Shown here one piece after another: positions 59,656 to 64,000 of a stretch of 64,000 bases of DNA (positions within the stretch are counted from its first letter, which is position 1; every line of letters begins with the position of its first letter). Origin of the DNA: an uncultured virus (IMG/VR IMGVR_UViG_3300032328_000910) (taxonomy: Duplodnaviria > Heunggongvirae > Uroviricota > Caudoviricetes > Crassvirales); IMG/VR virus record IMGVR_UViG_3300032328_000910; one strand, 5' to 3'. Made by a program: the position numbers and the translations under genes. The notes under the pieces are model-generated. The model saw only the letters and a list, made by a program, of their open reading frames with translations, searched no databases and was not told the DNA's origin.

Positions 59656-59679
59656 AACCCACTATGTAGTTTTGATATT
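59656..59679 (+). promoter_or_regulatory. candidate early (vRNAP) promoter motif, copy 1
   Basis: AACCCACTATGTAGTTTTGATATT, 21/24 identical to 60696-60719; ends 33 nt before ATG 59712. Confidence 0.6.
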
Positions 59680-59711
59680 ACATATACTTAACAATCTAAT
59701 ACTCTATTACC

Positions 59712-60089
59712 ATGCGTAACAATCTATTGGCACAAAAATATGCCTTCATCTCTGCAATGTTATTCATCCTATTAATGTTGTCATTTGCTAACAATGCAAA
59801 GGCACAACAACAAATGTATGCGCCTGAATCTGCAACAGCAGTACAGGTAGATATAGCTAACGCTACTGTTAAGACTACACAAGGTAGCCGTATAGTAATA
59901 GAAACTACTGTACAATATGCTAACGGTCGTACTGCTACTGTCATATCTGAAAGCATCAAGCCTGTTATCTCTGAAACAAACGGTGTTGTAACTATATCTC
60001 AACCTAAGACTGTAAAGGTCAATAATGAGAATGTTACAATTACTTACAAAGTATTCGTACCTAAGTCATTGAGTGTAACACAATTGTAA
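59712..60089 (+). CDS. secreted beta-rich protein with Sec signal peptide
   Basis: Hydrophobic core, then AKA/QQQ cleavage site; Thr/Val-rich mature part ending YKVFVPK. Confidence 0.75.
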   Translation: MRNNLLAQKYAFISAMLFILLMLSFANNAKAQQQMYAPESATAVQVDIANATVKTTQGSRIVIETTVQYANGRTATVISESIKPVISETNGVVTISQPKTVKVNNENVTITYKVFVPKSLSVTQL

Positions 60090-60095
60090 TCAAAT

Positions 60096-60117
60096 TGCCA
60101 ACCCCGTAAGGTTGGCA
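60096..60117 (+). other. intergenic hairpin
   Basis: TGCCAACC-CCGTAA-GGTTGGCA with no U tract. Confidence 0.55.
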
Positions 60118-60155
60118 CTATCTATCAAATTATTCAAATTTAAAATAACATTGTT

Positions 60156-60626
60156 ATGAAACAGTTTAATAAAAATATACACATTGAAGTTAGTGTTGAC
60201 GCTATCGCTGCACGTTTACTCGATTCTATGAAAGAGTCACCTATTGCAGAACATATTGTTGAAGCAGTTATTGGTAGTGCTCTTGCTGCCAATCATGGAT
60301 TAAATGCTATTTACAACGCAGTATGCGGGTTCAGTAATGAACTTACATACAAAGTTGGCGACAATTGTGCAATTTCAACTGAATACATTAGTACATATAA
60401 CTTTGTAGATAGTCTTAAAAAATTTGACTATGTACTCGGTAAAGTTGTAGCTATTAATGAATATGCTAAATGCCCAATTACCGTTGAAATTGAGCACGTT
60501 AATAGTAAAAATTACATTGACACTGATAGAAAAGATATACCTCTTTGCGCAATTAGTAATGCAGGTGTAGGCGAATGGTGTATCGCACTCGAAGCTGCTA
60601 AAGAATCTGCAAATTTATTTAAATAA
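60156..60626 (+). CDS. hypothetical early protein
   Basis: 156-aa ORF with A-rich leader. Confidence 0.7.
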   Translation: MKQFNKNIHIEVSVDAIAARLLDSMKESPIAEHIVEAVIGSALAANHGLNAIYNAVCGFSNELTYKVGDNCAISTEYISTYNFVDSLKKFDYVLGKVVAINEYAKCPITVEIEHVNSKNYIDTDRKDIPLCAISNAGVGEWCIALEAAKESANLFK

Positions 60627-60634
60627 CATAATAC

Positions 60635-60664
60635 GCAACTCTAATCTTAACCGATTAGAGTTGC
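60635..60664 (+). terminator. hairpin / terminator
   Basis: Perfect 12-bp stem GCAACTCTAATC/GATTAGAGTTGC followed by TATTATT. Confidence 0.65.
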
Positions 60665-60695
60665 TATTATTAGCTGCGCTATTTACCAAAATATA

Positions 60696-60719
60696 AACCC
60701 TCTACGGAGTTTTGATATT
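60696..60719 (+). promoter_or_regulatory. candidate early (vRNAP) promoter motif, copy 2
   Basis: AACCCTCTACGGAGTTTTGATATT; ends 34 nt before ATG 60753. Confidence 0.6.
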
Positions 60720-60752
60720 CATACATTTATAAATTTTTAAACTTCTTGCACC

Positions 60753-61367
60753 ATGAAACATGGAACTAAAAAAATCGTTGCTCTATTGATTATCAGTATT
60801 GACGCACGTTTGAATCGTAATGGTCTTTGCACTGTTCAATGCGAACCATCTGAATTTAATGAAAAAGGCATTTTCCAAATGACGGATAAATACCTTGATA
60901 ACCTTGCTTACAAAGCAGGTGCTATCAATGGTGATATTCTTCAAAATGCCGTTGCGGGTTCACTTGACGAGAACTACTTGAACATTGAGTTCATGTACGT
61001 TGAAGAAGGACAATTGATTGGCAACGATGCCGAAGGTAATCCTATTTTGAGCAAAGACGGTAATGACAAATTTACGGTTACTCATTGGAGAACCGAACAA
61101 TTTGAGTCTATTGAACTTGGCGAAGACGCTAATCAATATGCTAAAGACCTGAACAAACAGCTCGACTTGGAAGATGCACGTGCCTCACGTAATGCTAAAC
61201 GCGAAGAAAAAACAAAACGTACTGCACCTCGCGTAAAAACTAACGTTCCTAAACTTGACGACGGTAAAGGCGACAATGACAAGGAAGGCGATGACGATGA
61301 TGAAGAAGAGGGTGCTGAAGAATTGTTCTCTGCCCCAAAAACCGAAGCTAAACCTAAAAAGAAATAG
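60753..61367 (+). CDS. hypothetical early protein with acidic C-terminal tract
   Basis: 204 aa; DDGKGDNDKEGDDDDEEEG flanked by basic patches. Confidence 0.75.
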   Translation: MKHGTKKIVALLIISIDARLNRNGLCTVQCEPSEFNEKGIFQMTDKYLDNLAYKAGAINGDILQNAVAGSLDENYLNIEFMYVEEGQLIGNDAEGNPILSKDGNDKFTVTHWRTEQFESIELGEDANQYAKDLNKQLDLEDARASRNAKREEKTKRTAPRVKTNVPKLDDGKGDNDKEGDDDDEEEGAEELFSAPKTEAKPKKK

Positions 61368-61388
61368 CTTAGGTATGTAACTATTAAA

Positions 61389-61420
61389 GCCCGTACACAT
61401 TAGTGTGCGGGTTATTTTTT
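61389..61420 (+). terminator. intrinsic terminator
   Basis: GCCCGTACAC-ATTA-GTGTGCGGGT followed by TATTTTTT. Confidence 0.75.
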
Positions 61421-61445
61421 AATCGGCTTATAATTTATCAAACAT

Positions 61446-62012
61446 ATGAAACTCGAAATCAGATTCCAATTCCCTGTTACTATCCAATTTCAACCTCTTA
61501 GAGGTATATTAGCAATAGATGCTGCACGTAATGTAGCTAATTGTAAACTTGATATTGGTCGTATTTCAAATACTATAAACAAACGTGATAGTATTTTAGT
61601 AGAAATAACTGAAGACATTGCAAGAACTGCACCTCAATTTAATAACAGCAATTACGCTGTTATTCAAATTAAATGTCTTTACGTCAATGAAAATGAAGAA
61701 GCTCTCACTTGCTTTGAAGAATATGGATTTGTATCTCATACTTCATTTGTAACAAGAGATGCAAGTACAGATGAAGTTCTCAAAGTTGACCTTATGCCTA
61801 TGCCTGATGAAGAAGCGATTCTTAAGTTTTGGATTGCAAACGGTTGCCCTAATAGCATAACACTTCAAACTATAGCTTATCATAATAACCGCGAACGTAT
61901 TAAAGCTGCACAAATAGCTGTTGATATTTATCGCGATGATAATGTGGACGATGTAGAAGAAGATGAAGATGATTACGATTCTTATGGAGAGGATGACGCG
62001 AATGAAGATTAA
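61446..62012 (+). CDS. hypothetical early protein with highly acidic tail
   Basis: 188 aa ending DDNVDDVEEDEDDYDSYGEDDANED. Confidence 0.75.
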   Translation: MKLEIRFQFPVTIQFQPLRGILAIDAARNVANCKLDIGRISNTINKRDSILVEITEDIARTAPQFNNSNYAVIQIKCLYVNENEEALTCFEEYGFVSHTSFVTRDASTDEVLKVDLMPMPDEEAILKFWIANGCPNSITLQTIAYHNNRERIKAAQIAVDIYRDDNVDDVEEDEDDYDSYGEDDANED

Positions 62013-62032
62013 TTAGTGTATTGTTTTATCAT

Positions 62033-62063
62033 TACCCTGCACATCACAGTGTAGGGTATTTTT
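62033..62063 (+). terminator. intrinsic terminator
   Basis: TACCCTGCAC-ATCACA-GTGTAGGGTA followed by TTTTT. Confidence 0.75.
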
Positions 62064-62098
62064 CTAATCGGCTTGCACATCGTAATATACCACTGTTC

Positions 62099-62217
62099 TG
62101 TACACAGCGCAGACCCAATCTAAACGTAGGGTCGAACCATAAACTTAACCGACTACTAAGTATTGATGTACACAGCGGTAACGAGTGGTATAACCATAAC
62201 GTTAACCACCTACTAAG
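62099..62217. repeat. degenerate direct repeat (2 units)
   Basis: TGTACACAGCG at 62099 and 62167, each followed after a variable segment by AACCATAAnnTTAACCnnCTACTAAG. Confidence 0.7.
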
Positions 62218-62862
62218 GTTTGCGAGCAAACAGCGCGGTGCGAACGCTACGCTATGTATTTGCGCAGCAGGGTAAATTATTCTCGGCAGCTAAATTTGGA
62301 TGAAACTGTTTATTATATTATATGTCAAGTTGTGCTTGGTTGCGCAGCTCTATATATTATACTATATGGTTGTAGTTCTATCTATGGTCGCGCAGCTAAT
62401 ACTAAATAATTTACAGCTTCGCATCCACATTGTCGTCATTAAGCTATACATAGTAGGCATATCAGTCATTGTACAGATACTATGCCTAACAATGCAAAGC
62501 CAAATGTAAAAGACAATTTAGATAGGATTTTAGGTAAAATATTAGGTAAAATATTAAGCCGTAGGATTGATTATTGTATTAAGGTAATAGGTAATTAGAG
62601 TGTAGGTGTTGCGCTGCGCGTAGCTCTTCGAGCTACTCCACCTATTTCTACAAATCTCAAGCCTACCACACATAATAATATAACCTAAACTCAATCTAAA
62701 CCTAAACATCTACTCAATTCTAACAACTACAATCCTCAAAAACTTAACAATATAAGTGTCTAAACAACTACACTTATAACAATCGCCTGCAATCCAAACT
62801 CTACAATTCCAACACTTAATAACTACGCTCTTAATCCTACTAACTCTTAAAACAACATTCAC

Positions 62863-63078
62863 ATGAATATCCACGAAGCTAAACAACAACCTAACGGAAC
62901 TCTTTTTAAACAACCAAACCACACTACAATTTGGATGGTTCGTAATGATAATCTAATAGCAATAGTTAATGGTACAGTTGACTTTGCTAATTTTGAATTA
63001 GAAATCATTAAAGATGTACCACCATCTGAACATAAACCTGAAAGTACATATATTACTTCACTTAGACTTTGGTTATAA
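62863..63078 (+). CDS. small hypothetical protein, paralog A
   Basis: MNIHEAKQQPNGTLFKQPNHTTIW; homologous to the ORF at 63855. Confidence 0.7.
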   Translation: MNIHEAKQQPNGTLFKQPNHTTIWMVRNDNLIAIVNGTVDFANFELEIIKDVPPSEHKPESTYITSLRLWL

Positions 63079-63079
63079 C

Positions 63080-63853
63080 ATGATTAACGAACAACTCGAA
63101 GCTGCTGTATTAGCTCTTAGAAAAGAGTACAATAAGCACATTACATTCGTAGATGATAATACATACAGCGAAATAATGGAAAACTTAATTAAAGTTTCAA
63201 ATCTTATTACCAGTAATGACGAAACTAACATCGAAATTGCATTCATGCTTATGCAGCAAGTATTACCCGACAATGTAAATGACGCAATAGCTGAGATTGT
63301 AAATACTCAACTAATACACAATCGTTACGAAGATAAAACATTACTTATTGCCACTGATAACTACCAAAACCAATGGCACGATGAATATTCATTTAAAGGG
63401 TTTATGAAACATGATGTGTATCAATCTCCAATTCCTTTTATTCAAATAGAACTTAGCCATACAAGCTATCAAGCTAAATGTTTTAAAAAGAATGGTAAAG
63501 ATATGGGTATAATTCGATTTGACAGTTACACTGTAATCTCCATGCAAATCTTCTTCAAGATTGGAGAATATAACTACGCTGAGTTCGAACTATACTATCC
63601 AATTGTTTATCATTTTAATTGCCAAACTCACGGAAAAGATGAACCTCGACTTACAGATGAGATATTCTCTTCTGCTGCAAGTTGTCAATTACAAACTGAT
63701 ATTAGACAAGCTATAACTGTTGTAACTAACCAAGTAGGTAAGATTAAAGATATTGACATCAAAGTCCTACCATTTAGTTATGACATTGCAGGTAACACCA
63801 GCAAACTTGAACCCTATACACTCGAAATCTTAAACCAAATAACACTCTACTAA
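63080..63853 (+). CDS. hypothetical protein
   Basis: Start reassigned to ATG 63080 (TAA-C-ATG coupling). Confidence 0.7.
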   Translation: MINEQLEAAVLALRKEYNKHITFVDDNTYSEIMENLIKVSNLITSNDETNIEIAFMLMQQVLPDNVNDAIAEIVNTQLIHNRYEDKTLLIATDNYQNQWHDEYSFKGFMKHDVYQSPIPFIQIELSHTSYQAKCFKKNGKDMGIIRFDSYTVISMQIFFKIGEYNYAEFELYYPIVYHFNCQTHGKDEPRLTDEIFSSAASCQLQTDIRQAITVVTNQVGKIKDIDIKVLPFSYDIAGNTSKLEPYTLEILNQITLY

Positions 63854-63854
63854 C

Positions 63855-64000
63855 ATGAACAGATTAAAAGCACAGAAAGAACCAATTGGCACTCTATTTA
63901 TGCAACCAGGTGGTTATACCACTATATGGGTAAATACAAACCAAGGACTATATGTCTTTGAAGGCGGAACAACAGGAAATCTCAATGATTACCATATTGT
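63855..64000 (+). CDS. small hypothetical protein, paralog B (3'-truncated by window edge)
   Basis: MNRLKAQKEPIGTLFMQPGGYTTIWV...; open to the window end; TAA-C-ATG coupling. Confidence 0.7.
   Translation, partial: MNRLKAQKEPIGTLFMQPGGYTTIWVNTNQGLYVFEGGTTGNLNDYHI

Noticed and set aside
62099..62252. CRISPR mini-array
   Set aside because: Only two degenerate units with unequal 14 and 25 nt inserts and no cas genes; kept as a repeat finding instead.
62021..62509. ORFs 62021-62275 and 62300-62509
   Set aside because: The first runs through a terminator and repeats; both have poor start context and low-complexity translations. Treated as non-coding.
1..64000. Stop-codon reassignment (TAG or TGA), known in some Crassvirales
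   Set aside because: Genes up to 4644 aa are intact in the standard code, TAG and TGA both end packed genes, and no suppressor anticodon is evident.

Overview
64 kb of an AT-rich crAss-like phage (Crassvirales) infecting a Bacteroidota host, read in the standard genetic code. From left to right there are three blocks. (i) The end of a rightward replication/middle block (1-5201) with an ATP-dependent DNA ligase and a MazG-like pyrophosphohydrolase. (ii) A ~54 kb leftward late/virion block (5267-59083) headed by a canonical Bacteroidota host promoter. It holds an HU/IHF-like gene, an amidase endolysin, an atypical tRNA-like RNA, a PD-(D/E)XK nuclease, TerL, portal, major capsid protein, ring/tail/fibre proteins, muzzle, and four ejected cargo proteins including a 4644-aa virion RNA polymerase (DFDVD). 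(iii) A divergent control region and a rightward early block (59712-64000) of small orphan genes with repeated regulatory motifs and an 850-nt structured non-coding region. The most notable observations are a 2-oxoacid-dehydrogenase E3/E1-binding (PSBD)-like domain inside the virion RNAP polyprotein, a class-II tRNA body with an elongated anticodon arm, a conserved candidate vRNAP early-promoter motif, and nuclease, zincin and M15-peptidase domains on ejected proteins. All family calls come from motifs recognised by eye plus crAss-like synteny. No searches were run.
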